Shown piece by piece: positions 29,278 to 38,829 of a stretch of DNA of 64,000 nt. Location: the NCBI GenBank assembly GCA_963777195.1, contig CAVZPT010000001.1, positions 13,363 to 77,362 of the forward strand, given 5' to 3'. The notes under the pieces are model-generated. The model did not search any database. It worked only from the letters and a program-made list of their open reading frames with translations, and was not told the DNA's origin. The stretch is from an uncultured Actinomycetota bacterium (GTDB lineage: Bacteria; Actinomycetota; Actinomycetes; Propionibacteriales; Nocardioidaceae). The position numbers were made by a program, and so were the translations under genes. The number at the start of each line of letters is the position of its first letter. Positions within the stretch are counted from its first letter, which is position 1.

Positions 29278-30714
29278 ATGGACACCACATCGGTCATCGC
29301 ACCGGCCACCGCCTCGGGGTGCTCCCCGGCCGAGGTGATCGTGCGTGTCCGCCGGGCCCGAGAGGCCGGCGTTGGCCGCCGGTGCCGAGGAGCTCGCCCT
29401 GGCTCTGGTGTGGGCGCGGTTGCACCCGTGCCCGGCCGAGGAGATCCCGGCGCACTGGGGCCAGCTCGACCTGCACGGTGAGAGCGTGTGCCCGTTGGCC
29501 GGGGTGGGGGCGCCGTGGGTGGCGGAGTTCGCCCCCGCCGAGCTCGGTGCCGCCCTCGGGATCGGTGTGGAGGCGGCCAAGCAGCTCCTCGGCGACGCCT
29601 TGGAGCTGGCCCACCGGCTGCCCCGGCTCTGGGCCCTGGTCCAGGCGTTGGTGGTGCCGGCGTGGCGGGCCCGGTCGATCGCGAGGGAGACCCGCGACCT
29701 GTCCCTGGAGGCGGCGGCGTTCGCGGACCGGCTGGTGGCCGCGACCCCGGACCGGATCGGGCAGGTCCAGGCCGCGCGGCTGGTGCAGGAGGCGCGGCTC
29801 TACTTCGACCCCGACCGCGCGATCGCCGATGAGGACGAGGCGTTGGCCCGGCGCGGGGTGTGGTCCCGGCCCGGAGCGTCGGGTCCGGCGACCACCGAGA
29901 TGTGGATGACCCTGGACACCCCCGATGCGGAGCTCTTCGACCAGAGCCTGTCCCGGGTCGCAGCCGACCTGCGCGAGCTCGGCGACCGTGATCCCCTCGA
30001 TGTGCGGCGGGCGCGGGCGGTCGGGGTGCTGGCCGACCCCCAGTACGCGTTGGACCTGATGTCGGGGCGCGAAGGCGCAGCACCACGATGCGGGGCGGAG
30101 ACAGCGGCCGGGGGTCGCGAACCTGTTCGTGCACCTCACCCCCGCCGACCTCGAAGCCGACCTCGCTCAGGACGGCACCGGCGCGGGGACCGGTGCGGTC
30201 TCCATCGAGCGGCTCGGCGCCGCCACCACCCGGTTGCTCACCGACTGGCTGGGACGCCTGGCCGGCACCGGCGGCAAGGTCGTGATCCGCCCCGTCCTCG
30301 ACCTGGCCGCGAACACAGCGGTCGACCAGCACGACCCACCACCGGCCATGCGCGAACAGGTCCTGCTTGCGCGACGCGCACTGTGTCTTCCCCGGCTGCT
30401 CCCGGGACTCCCGGGCCTGCGATCTGGACCACCTCACGCCCTACGTGCCGATCGACGAGGGCGGGCCCCCGGGCCAGACACATCCGGGGAATCTGGCGCC
30501 GCTGTGCCGGACCCATCACCGGGTCAAGACCCACACCGCCTGGGACTACACACGCCTCGACGACGGCGGCTATGCATGGACCAGCCCGAGCGGGCAGCAC
30601 TACGACGTCACGCCCAGCGACCGCCGCCCACCCACCCGACCCCGCCCGGCGCAACCGGCAGAGGCGGCGCAGCTGGCGCAGCTCGTGATCCCACGCCAGC
30701 GCCGACGAACCTGA
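29278..30714 (+). pseudogene. DUF222/HNH endonuclease (13E12-repeat-like), broken by three +1 frameshifts
   Basis: Continuous homology across frames: MDTTSV... / LALVWARLHP...EFAPAELGAALG...LELAHRLPRLW / LFVHLTPADL...RPVLDL / RDAHCVFPGC...DLDH...NLAPLCRTHHRVKT; shifts near 29367, 30115, 30366. Confidence 0.85.
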
Positions 30715-30986
30715 ACGCCCCAGCACCCCGACCCCAGCCCGGTCGGGGCCACCAGCACGCCCAGCAGCGGCAGACCCCTCACCAGGCGTGGTATCGTGAC
30801 AAGTCTGGCGGCTCCCAGCCACCGGCAGGGTGCAAGCGAACTCCGCAACCACCGCGGGGCCCGGGCGTGCTCCCGAGAGCCGGTGAGGCGACGGTGCGGC
30901 ACGAACACCCGCCACGCTGAGGCAGCTGTCCGCCTGATCCGCCGAGGCGAGAGAGGGCGGCGAGCGAGGTGGTTAGGCTGAGGCGG

Positions 30987-31664
30987 ATGACTGAAACCAC
31001 CACGCGGGACACCCGGAGCGCGCTGATCCGTGCCGGGGAGCAGCTGCTGGCCGGGGGCGGTCTGCTCGGTCCCTCGGACCGCGAGATCATCGCCGCGGCC
31101 GGTGTGCGCAACAAGTCCGGGCTGAGCTACCACTTCGGCAACCGGCGCGGGCTGGTCGACGCGATCCTGGCCGAGCACGGGGAGGTCCTGCGGGTCCGGC
31201 GCGAGGTCGCGTTCTCCGAGCTGACCGTGGACGGCGCCGGCCACGACCTGTTCCGGCTGTGCCGCCTGGTCGTCGAGCCGTATGCCGAGTTCCTCAGCGA
31301 CGGGCCGCGCGAGTGGGCCTACCTCGCGATCGCCCAGGCGGTCCTCGAGGACCCCCACGAGCGGCCGGAGGACCTGCCGGAGCGGTTCCGCGACCCGATG
31401 GTCCCGCAGATCGTCGAGCTGATGCTCGGTCTCCTCGACCTGCCGGCCGAGCTCGCCGCCGAGCGGGTGCTGACCGGGATCGGGCAGGTGATCGGCAGCA
31501 TCGGTGCCCGCGCCCGCCAGCAGCTCTTCGGCCCCGCACGACGTACGCCGACGGAGGTCGGCGCCTTCACCACCAACCTGGTGGACATGCTGCACGGCTC
31601 ACTGGTGGCGCCGGCGTCGAGCTCGCTCCTGCACGACGAGCGCCCCGACGCGGCTGTCGTCTAG
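30987..31664 (+). CDS. TetR/AcrR-family transcriptional regulator
   Basis: TRSALIRAGEQL...REIIAAAGVRNKSGLSYHFG HTH; -10 TAGGCT 7 nt before ATG. Confidence 0.85.
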   Translation: MTETTTRDTRSALIRAGEQLLAGGGLLGPSDREIIAAAGVRNKSGLSYHFGNRRGLVDAILAEHGEVLRVRREVAFSELTVDGAGHDLFRLCRLVVEPYAEFLSDGPREWAYLAIAQAVLEDPHERPEDLPERFRDPMVPQIVELMLGLLDLPAELAAERVLTGIGQVIGSIGARARQQLFGPARRTPTEVGAFTTNLVDMLHGSLVAPASSSLLHDERPDAAVV

Positions 31665-31676
31665 CCGCGACACCGG

Positions 31677-32453
31677 CTACCAGGCGGTCCAGCCGCCGTC
31701 CACGGTGACCGTGGAGCCGGTGACGAACGACGAGGCCGGGGAGGCGAGGAACAGCAGCGCGCTGGCGACCTCCTCGGGGCGCCCGAGCCGACCGAGCATG
31801 GTGCGGGCGGCGATCCGGTCGAAGAGGGCGGAGGTCTGGGCGGTGGCCTCTCCCGGGAAGGGGCCCAGGGTGATCGAGTTGACCCGGATCCCCTCGGACC
31901 CGAGCTCGGCCGCGGCGTACCTCGTCAGCTGGAGCATGGCCGCCTTGGCGGCGCCGTAGGCCGGGGGGTTGCGCCCCTCCTCGGTGTCGTAGATCCGCGG
32001 ATCGGGGGCGACCACGCCGTACATCGAGGCGATGTTGACCACGCTGGCCGGGCCGCCGGCTGCGGCCGAGGCCGCCAGGCCCGCCCGGGCCGCGTTGATC
32101 GCAGCGGCGGGGGCGGTCACGGCCAGGGCGGTCGCCTCGGCGAAGTCGTCCATGTCCGCCAGCCGCAGGGAGCCGCCGCGGGCGAGGTGCGCGTTGTTGA
32201 CGAGTACGTCGATCCGGCCGTGCTCCTGCGCCACCGAGGAGACCAGCTCCGGCCACTGCGGCGAGGTGATGTCGCAGCCGACCACCTGCACGTCGACCCC
32301 CGCCAGCGCAGCCTCGAGCCGGGACCGGTCCCGGGCCACCGCCACCACGTGGGCGCCCTGGTCGGCGAGGGCGCGCACCATGGTGGGGCCCAGCCGGCCG
32401 GACGCGCCGCTGACCACCGCCACGCAGCCGGTCAGGTCGAAGAGGTCGGTCAT
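31677..32453 (-). CDS. SDR oxidoreductase, PtmA/ElaC-like subgroup associated with nonulosonate loci
   Basis: SGASGRLG, NNA, NIASMYGVVAPDPRIY, YGAAK; ATGA-coupled to the cytidylyltransferase fusion. Confidence 0.85.
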   Translation of the reverse strand: MTDLFDLTGCVAVVSGASGRLGPTMVRALADQGAHVVAVARDRSRLEAALAGVDVQVVGCDITSPQWPELVSSVAQEHGRIDVLVNNAHLARGGSLRLADMDDFAEATALAVTAPAAAINAARAGLAASAAAGGPASVVNIASMYGVVAPDPRIYDTEEGRNPPAYGAAKAAMLQLTRYAAAELGSEGIRVNSITLGPFPGEATAQTSALFDRIAARTMLGRLGRPEEVASALLFLASPASSFVTGSTVTVDGGWTAW

Positions 32454-34162
32454 GGGGTCCTCCATCGGGCGGGATCGAGGAGGTCGACGCCCGCGGCGGG
32501 CAGCACGTCCTGCACGCGGGTGATCTCCCCGGGGGTCAGCGGGTCGAGTCGGGTGAGACGGGCGGTGTCGCGGACCTGGTCGGGGTGTTCTGCCCCGACG
32601 ACCACGCTGGTCACCCAGTCGTGGCCGAGCACGTAGGCCAGGCAGAGATCGGCGGCCGACTCGCGACCGAGCTCGCCGACGAGTTCGGCGAGCGCTCGCC
32701 ACAGTTCCGCGGTGTCGACACCCGGCTCCGCCGGCCAGCGGGCCTGCTCGCTGACCAGCAGCCCCTGGAGGTAGGCGCTGCGGCAGGTCACCACCACCTC
32801 GGGACGCCTGCGGAGTGCGGCCTGCACGTCCGGGGCCAACCAGCGCCGGTCGAGCAGGTTGAACGGCAGCTGGACGTAGCCGACCTCGTGGTCGGTCAGC
32901 AGGGCGACCAGCTCCTCGGGGGTGGAGAGCGAGGCCCCGACCAGCGTGGCCACGCCCTCGTCGCGCAGCGCGACCAGCGTCTCGCGGACCCCGGGCCGCG
33001 TCCAGTCGTCCGCACGGTGCAGCAGCAGCGCGTCGACCGAGCCGGCGCCGAGCATCCGCAGGCTGGTCTCGACGGAGGCGAGCACGGCCTCCCGGCCCCA
33101 CCCGGCCGGCGCGCCGTCGCCCGGGTCGGCTCCCTCGCCCGGGTCGCCCGGGTCGCCCGGGTCGCCGAGGTCGCCGAGCGGGCGCACCTTGGTGACCACG
33201 CCGACGTGCTCGGAGAGGCCGCGCGCCAGTGCCGTGCCGATCCGGGCCTCCGAGGCACCGTAGGCCCGGGCGGTGTCGAGGTGGGTGATCCGCTCCGCTG
33301 CCGCAGCGGTGAGCACGTCGGCCGCGGTGCTGGTCGCAGGGAGCCCACCGGCGTTGGCCGCGCCGTACTCCACGCCGAGCTGGACCGTGCCCAGCACGAG
33401 CGGACCCTGTCCGAGCGGGTTCTCGCGGCGGGGCAGCGGTCGGGGCCGGGGGCCGGTGACCAGGGCCACCCGGGCGCAGAGGTCGCGCCAGCCCGCCGTG
33501 ACCGGGTCCGCCACCCCGCGCAACACCCGGGAGACCAGCACGAAGTCGTCGAAGGTGTCCACGGTGCAGCGCAGCCCGGCCCAGTCGGTTGCGACGTCGG
33601 GGACCACGATCCGGCGGTCGCCGTAGACCTCCCGCAACCGCGGCGTGACGTGCTCGCGTTCGTGCGCGGAGGTCGCGCTGTCGTCCGCCTCGCGCAGTGC
33701 GGCGACCGTGAACGCCTCGGCGGCCACGCCGTAGGGGAGCGCGGGGTCGTCGCCGCCGAGCCGGGCGTACGTCGCACCGCCGAGCACCTCCTCGACGAGG
33801 AGGTCGACCAGCGACCCGTCGGGCACCACGTTGTCGGCGGTCAGTCGCACCACCACGTCGCGCGCGGAGAGGTCGGCGGTGGCGATCGCGAACCGGCGCA
33901 GCGGGTCCTCCAGCGGCCCGCGGACCACCGCGATCGCCGCCGAGGACAGCGCGTCGGCGATCACGTCGTCGTCGGGCCGGTCACTGGTCGCGACCACGAC
34001 GTCGTGCCCGGTGGTGCCGGCGCGCTGCGCGGCGAGCACCACCATCGGCCGGCCGGCGACGCTGAGCATCGCCTTGCCCGGCAGCCGGGAGGAGCTCAGG
34101 CGCGACTGCAGCACGACCCGGACTCGTGGTCCGGCGGCTGCCGCGCCGTCCGGGGGGCTCAC
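32450..34162 (-). CDS. Fusion of SpsF/PseF-type cytidylyltransferase and aldo-keto reductase
   Basis: N-terminal QSRLSSSRLPGK, RLTADN, REHVT, TVDTFDD; C-terminal LGTVQLG, DTARAYGASE, VVTK, LLLH, QLPFNLLD, RSAYLQGL. Confidence 0.85.
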   Translation of the reverse strand: MSPPDGAAAAGPRVRVVLQSRLSSSRLPGKAMLSVAGRPMVVLAAQRAGTTGHDVVVATSDRPDDDVIADALSSAAIAVVRGPLEDPLRRFAIATADLSARDVVVRLTADNVVPDGSLVDLLVEEVLGGATYARLGGDDPALPYGVAAEAFTVAALREADDSATSAHEREHVTPRLREVYGDRRIVVPDVATDWAGLRCTVDTFDDFVLVSRVLRGVADPVTAGWRDLCARVALVTGPRPRPLPRRENPLGQGPLVLGTVQLGVEYGAANAGGLPATSTAADVLTAAAAERITHLDTARAYGASEARIGTALARGLSEHVGVVTKVRPLGDLGDPGDPGDPGEGADPGDGAPAGWGREAVLASVETSLRMLGAGSVDALLLHRADDWTRPGVRETLVALRDEGVATLVGASLSTPEELVALLTDHEVGYVQLPFNLLDRRWLAPDVQAALRRRPEVVVTCRSAYLQGLLVSEQARWPAEPGVDTAELWRALAELVGELGRESAADLCLAYVLGHDWVTSVVVGAEHPDQVRDTARLTRLDPLTPGEITRVQDVLPAAGVDLLDPARWRTP

Positions 34163-34167
34163 GGGAC

Positions 34168-35292
34168 CTAGCCGACCACGTCGAGCAGGGTCTCGATCAC
34201 CTGGTCGACCTGCGCGTCGGTCAGGTCGGGGAACAGCGGCAGCGAGAGCTCCTCGGCATAGAACGCCTCGGCGTTGGGGCACATCCCGCGCCGGTAGCCG
34301 AGGTTCTCATAGACCGGGTGCCAGTAGACCGGGATGTAGTTGACCTGGACGCCGATCCCGCGCCCACGCATCGCCTCGAAGACCTCCCGGCGCCGGCCGT
34401 CGAGCACCCGCAGGGGGTAGAGGTGCCACGCCGGGTCCACGTCGTCGCGCTGGGTCGGCGTGCGCAGCCCCTCGATCCCGGCCAGGGCGGCGTTGTAACG
34501 CGCCGTGATCTCGGTGCGCCGCTGCTTGAACGCCGGGAGCCGCCGCAGCTGGGAGAGACCCAGAGCACACGCGAGGTCGGTCAGCCGGTAGTTCAGGCCG
34601 AACTCGTGCACCTCCTGGTGCCAGGGGCCCTCGTCGGTCATCGCGAACCGGTCGGGGTCGCGCATCAGGCCGATGAAGTGGAACTCGTGCACGCGCTGCG
34701 CCAGGGCGGCGTCACGGGCCACCACCGCACCGCCCTCGCCGGTGGTGAGGTTCTTGGTCGGGAAGAACGACAGCGTGGTCAGGTCGGCGAGGTCGCCCAC
34801 CGGGCGGCCGCGGTAGCTGCCGCCGATCGAGTGCGCCGCGTCATCGAGGGTGAGCGCGCCGACCCGGTCGGCGATCGGCTGGAGCGCGTCGTAGTCGGCC
34901 GGGTGCCCGGCGTAGTCGACCGCCGCAACCACGCGGGTGCGCTCGGTCACGACCGCGTCCACCGCCGCCGGGTCGATCAGCGCGGTGTCCTCCTCGACGT
35001 CGGCGAAGACCACCTCCGCGCCGAGGATCGAGGCGCACGAGGCGGTCGCCACGAAGGTCATCGGGGTGGTGACCACCTGGTCGCCGGCGCCGAGGCCGAG
35101 CGCCGAGTAGGCCATGTGCAGGGCAGCGGTGCCGGAGGTGCAGGTGACCGCGCGGTGACCGCCGACGACCGCGCCGATCGCCTCCTCGAAGGCGGTGACG
35201 GCGGGACCAGTGGTGAGCCAGTCGCCGCGCAGGACGGCGGTGACCGCCTCGATGTCCTCCTCGGCGATGGACTGGCGCCCGTAGGGCAGCAC
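34168..35292 (-). CDS. pseC: UDP-4-amino-4,6-dideoxy-N-acetyl-beta-L-altrosamine transaminase
   Basis: LPYGRQSI, WLTTGP, SGTAALH, DAAHSIG, SFFPTKNLTTGEGG, GLNYRLTD; adjacent to pseB. Confidence 0.9.
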   Translation of the reverse strand: MLPYGRQSIAEEDIEAVTAVLRGDWLTTGPAVTAFEEAIGAVVGGHRAVTCTSGTAALHMAYSALGLGAGDQVVTTPMTFVATASCASILGAEVVFADVEEDTALIDPAAVDAVVTERTRVVAAVDYAGHPADYDALQPIADRVGALTLDDAAHSIGGSYRGRPVGDLADLTTLSFFPTKNLTTGEGGAVVARDAALAQRVHEFHFIGLMRDPDRFAMTDEGPWHQEVHEFGLNYRLTDLACALGLSQLRRLPAFKQRRTEITARYNAALAGIEGLRTPTQRDDVDPAWHLYPLRVLDGRRREVFEAMRGRGIGVQVNYIPVYWHPVYENLGYRRGMCPNAEAFYAEELSLPLFPDLTDAQVDQVIETLLDVVG

Positions 35293-36282
35293 CTAGATCC
35301 CGGCCTCGATGATCGCGCGGATCTCCTCCTGGGAGTACCACTGGTCGTTGCTGTCGGAGCGGAAGAAGAACCCGTCGTCGACCAGTACGCCGTCCGGCGG
35401 GGGCTTGTAGCCCCAGGTGGCGAGGTCGGGCTGGATCACGAAGTACTTGCCGTCGTGCACGATCACGGCCCGGCGTCCCTCCTCCGGGCTGATCATCTCC
35501 TCGTGCAGCTTCTCCCCGGGACGCAGGCCGACGTCGTGCATGGCCGCTCCGGGCGCGATCGCCTGGGCGAGGTCGGTGACCTTCATCGACGGGATCCTCG
35601 GCACCAGGAGCTCGCCGCCCTGCATCATGTCGAAGGTGTCCACGACCATCTGCACGGCCTGCGGCAGGGTGATGAAGAACCGGGTGCAGCGCAGGTCCGT
35701 GATCGGGAGCGAGGCGCCCTCGGAGGCCAGCCGGGCGAAGAACGGGATCACCGAGCCGCGGCTGCCCATCACGTTGCCGTAGCGCACCACCGCGAAGCGG
35801 GTGTCGTAGGCCGCGGCGTAGTGGTTGCCGGTGACGAAGAGCTTGTCCGCGGTCAGCTTGGTCGCGCCATAGAGGTTGATCGGGCTGGAGGCCTTGTCGG
35901 TGGACAGCGCGACCACACGCTTGACCCCGGTGTCGATGGCCGCCTCGATCACGTTCTGGCTGCCCATCACGTTGGTCTTGACGAACTCGAAGGGGTTGTA
36001 CTCCGCGGTGTCGACCTGCTTGAGGGCCGCGGCGTGCACCACGTAGTCGACGTTGTGCATCGCGCGGAGCAGGCGGCGCTCGTCGCGGATGTCGCCGATG
36101 AACCAGCGCAGCCGCGGGTCGTCCTTGAACAGCTGGCGCACCTCGTACTGCTTGAGCTCGTCGCGGGAGAACACCACCAGCCGCTTGGGGTCGAGGTGCT
36201 CCAGGGCGTGGGTGATGAACGCCTTGCCGAACGAACCGGTGCCACCGGTGATGAGGATGCTTGATCCGCTGAGGATGGACAC
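35293..36282 (-). CDS. pseB: UDP-N-acetylglucosamine 4,6-dehydratase (inverting)
   Basis: ITGGTGSFG, SRDELKQ, HAAALKQV, STDKA, YGATK, RYGNVMGSRGS, GLRPGEKLHEEM. Confidence 0.95.
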   Translation of the reverse strand: MSILSGSSILITGGTGSFGKAFITHALEHLDPKRLVVFSRDELKQYEVRQLFKDDPRLRWFIGDIRDERRLLRAMHNVDYVVHAAALKQVDTAEYNPFEFVKTNVMGSQNVIEAAIDTGVKRVVALSTDKASSPINLYGATKLTADKLFVTGNHYAAAYDTRFAVVRYGNVMGSRGSVIPFFARLASEGASLPITDLRCTRFFITLPQAVQMVVDTFDMMQGGELLVPRIPSMKVTDLAQAIAPGAAMHDVGLRPGEKLHEEMISPEEGRRAVIVHDGKYFVIQPDLATWGYKPPPDGVLVDDGFFFRSDSNDQWYSQEEIRAIIEAGI

Positions 36283-36383
36283 GGAGCTCGGAGCCTTCCG
36301 TCGAGCGGGGAGGACCCGCCATGGACAACCGGCCCGACGATACCGTGACTGCTCCCGGCACCCGGACAGAAGGAGGGGCAGGC

Positions 36384-37448
36384 ATGTCGTCTCACGTGAT
36401 CCGCCGGGTCGTGGTGACCTGCGACGTCGGTCCCGACATCGGAGCCGGCCACGTGATGCGCTGCCTCGCGCTGAGCGAGGAGCTGCTCGCCCGGGGCGCC
36501 GAGGTGAGGCTCCTGGGCGACCTCGGCTCGGTGCCCTGGGTGCGGTCCCTGGCCGAGCAGCTGGGCATCGCGCACGAGTCCGCGCCGGCCCGGACCTCCG
36601 ACCTCCGGGACCGGATCGGCGCCCTGGCGCCCGACCTGGTCGTCGTCGACTCCTACCTGCTCCCTTCCGAGGCGTACGCCGAGCTGCGCAGCCGGCACCC
36701 CGTGCTGGCCTTCGTCGACGGCGACCCCGTGGGCCGCGAGGCCGACGTGATCCTGGACCAGAACTTCGAGGCCGAGCTGGACCGGTGGCCGCTGCCCCCG
36801 GACACGACCCGGCTGGCGGGGCTGAGGTACTGCCAGCTGCGTAGGGAGATCCGGGCGCATCGTCCGGCGAGCCGCCCGGCGGCCCGGCGCGGCGCGACCC
36901 CCGAGGTGTTCGCCTTCTTCGGCGGCACCGACATCGTGGGAGCCGCCCCGGCCGTCCTGGCGGCGCTGGTCGCCACCGGGGAGCGGTTCGAGGCCACGGT
37001 CGTGGCCGCGAACGAGGAGCTGCGCGCGGCGCTGGAGGCCCTCGAGACGCAGCCGGGTCAGCGCATCACCACGATGGGGCCCACCTCGGAGCTGGCCGAT
37101 CGGGTGCTGGCGGCCGACCTGGTGCTGGCAGCGGCGGGCAGCTCGATCTGGGAGCTGATGAGCCTCGGCGCGGCGATGGCGGTGCTGTGCGTTGCGGAGA
37201 ACCAGGTGCCGGCGTACGGCCGGATCGTCGCGTCCGGCACCGCAGCGGGGCTCGGCACCATCACCGAGCTGCGCGCCGACCCCTCGACGGCCACCTCGAC
37301 GATGGCTCGCCTGCTCGCCGACCCCGACCGTCGCAGCGAGCTGGCAGCCGCGGGCTGGGAGCTGGTCGACGGGCGGGGTGCAGAGCGGGTGGTGGACCGC
37401 TGTGAGGAGCTGGTGCAGGGGTGGTCGCTCAGCGAACGACCCGTCTGA
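36384..37448 (+). CDS. pseG: PseG/SpsG-family UDP-sugar hydrolase (GT-B fold)
   Basis: IGAGHVMRCLAL, VVDSY, FGGTD, AAGSS, AENQ, VDGRGA; AAGGAGG RBS before ATG 36384. Confidence 0.85.
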   Translation: MSSHVIRRVVVTCDVGPDIGAGHVMRCLALSEELLARGAEVRLLGDLGSVPWVRSLAEQLGIAHESAPARTSDLRDRIGALAPDLVVVDSYLLPSEAYAELRSRHPVLAFVDGDPVGREADVILDQNFEAELDRWPLPPDTTRLAGLRYCQLRREIRAHRPASRPAARRGATPEVFAFFGGTDIVGAAPAVLAALVATGERFEATVVAANEELRAALEALETQPGQRITTMGPTSELADRVLAADLVLAAAGSSIWELMSLGAAMAVLCVAENQVPAYGRIVASGTAAGLGTITELRADPSTATSTMARLLADPDRRSELAAAGWELVDGRGAERVVDRCEELVQGWSLSERPV

Positions 37449-38121
37449 GCGTGACGAACGCCTCGGCGGCCATCACGCCGACCTCGCGGCCACGCAGCTG
37501 GCGCCGGATCCGGACCGCCTCCACCGAGCGCGGGTGCGGGTCGGGCCTGGTCTCCTCGTCGTAGCAGGCGTAGGCCTCCAGGCACCGCTCGAGCTGGTCG
37601 GTGACGTCGACGTGGGTGTCGGGCAGGAACGGCGGGTAGAGGCTCGGCGCCGACCACTCGGTGGAGCTGTTGATCTCGAAGCTGCTGACCTGGGCGAAGG
37701 TCTCCCCGGGCTGGGGGCGGAAGGCGGTCAGCACGGCCTGGCAGGTCAGCCGGTGGTCCACGTTGAGGTCCCCGGCGTGGCTGGTGAAGACCCAGTGCGG
37801 CGCGTGCTCGCGCTTGAGGCCCTCGACGACCTGGCTCAGCTCCAGCATCGGCACGGTGTCGAACATGTTGTCCGGTGCGTCACCGACCCCCACCACGGTC
37901 GCGCCCAGGACGGCGCAGGCGGCGTCGGCCGCGGCGCGGCGCCGGGCCACCTCGGCCGGGTCGGCGACACCACGGGAGCCGACCCCCGAGCCCAGGAAGT
38001 GCACCAGGACGGTGACTCCCTGGTCGGCGAGGCGGGCCATCGTGCCGCCCATGCCGAGGACGTCGTCGTCAGGATGGGCTGCGACCACCAGCGCTGTCCG
38101 GCCTCCGTGTGATGCGGACAT
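37429..38121 (-). CDS. PIG-L/LmbE-family N-deacetylase
   Basis: VVAAHPDDDVLGMGG, DLNVDH, FRPQP, PHPRS, AEAF; start uncertain and overlapping the formyltransferase 3' end. Confidence 0.85.
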   Translation of the reverse strand: MSASHGGRTALVVAAHPDDDVLGMGGTMARLADQGVTVLVHFLGSGVGSRGVADPAEVARRRAAADAACAVLGATVVGVGDAPDNMFDTVPMLELSQVVEGLKREHAPHWVFTSHAGDLNVDHRLTCQAVLTAFRPQPGETFAQVSSFEINSSTEWSAPSLYPPFLPDTHVDVTDQLERCLEAYACYDEETRPDPHPRSVEAVRIRRQLRGREVGVMAAEAFVTLRRVVR

Positions 38122-38770
38122 CGGCAACCACCTCATCCTTCCCGCGCCACGCACGCGTGAACTCGTACCGTAGTGACTCGGTCTCGAGGAACGCGTGCGG
38201 GTAGCCCGTGGCGTCGAGCATCCGGATCAGGTCGAAGACCTCGGGGAGGCTCTCGGCACCGGCCACGTCGCTCTCCTCGGGCGTACGCCGGCGGAAGGTC
38301 ACCGGCTCACCGACCTGCGGCTGGGGCTCGATCTCCTCGCGGGCCAGCCGACCGATCATCGACTTCACCAGCTCGCCCGCGCGCAGGTAGATCTCCTCGG
38401 CCGCACCCTCCAGGGAGAGCGGCTCCTTGAGGTAGACCGGCCCGGCATCGAGCTCGGCCACACACCGCAGCGCGCTGAGCCGGGTCTCGTGCACGCCGCG
38501 CACGATCAGGTTCTGAAGCGGGCTGCCGCCCCGCCCGAACGGCAGGTCGGTCATGTGGAAGATCACGCACTCGTGGTGCTCGTGGATCGACCTCGGGATG
38601 ATGAAGGACCAGTGCGGGAAGAACACGAAGCGCGGGGCGAGCTCGTCGAGGGCCTCAGGCGTGAGCCGGGCGCGCTCGCTGACCACCTCGACCCGCTCGC
38701 CCAGCTCGGCGGCGAGGCCCCGGGCGAACCCGGTGTAGTCGCCTCGGCTGGCCGCGATCACGAGGGTCAT
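38069..38770 (-). CDS. Sugar N-formyltransferase (Fmt-like)
   Basis: FFPHWS, FHMTDLPFGRGGSPLQNLI, LDAGPVY, IRMLDATGYPHAF. Confidence 0.85.
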   Translation of the reverse strand: MTLVIAASRGDYTGFARGLAAELGERVEVVSERARLTPEALDELAPRFVFFPHWSFIIPRSIHEHHECVIFHMTDLPFGRGGSPLQNLIVRGVHETRLSALRCVAELDAGPVYLKEPLSLEGAAEEIYLRAGELVKSMIGRLAREEIEPQPQVGEPVTFRRRTPEESDVAGAESLPEVFDLIRMLDATGYPHAFLETESLRYEFTRAWRGKDEVVADVRITRRPDSAGGRSPS

Positions 38771-38829
38771 CTTCGGGCCCGTCCTTCGCTCGTTGGGAGA
38801 TGCACAGTCGAGGTTGATATAAACAGCGC

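Noticed and set aside
28753-29481. 242-aa ORF treated as a real gene
   Set aside because: It is a chance read-through of IS fragments, the promoter region and the first codons of the DUF222 pseudogene
33113-33178. 9-bp GGGTCGCCC tandem repeat
   Set aside because: In-frame (GDP)n loop expansion in the AKR domain; a multiple of 3, so not a phase-variation switch
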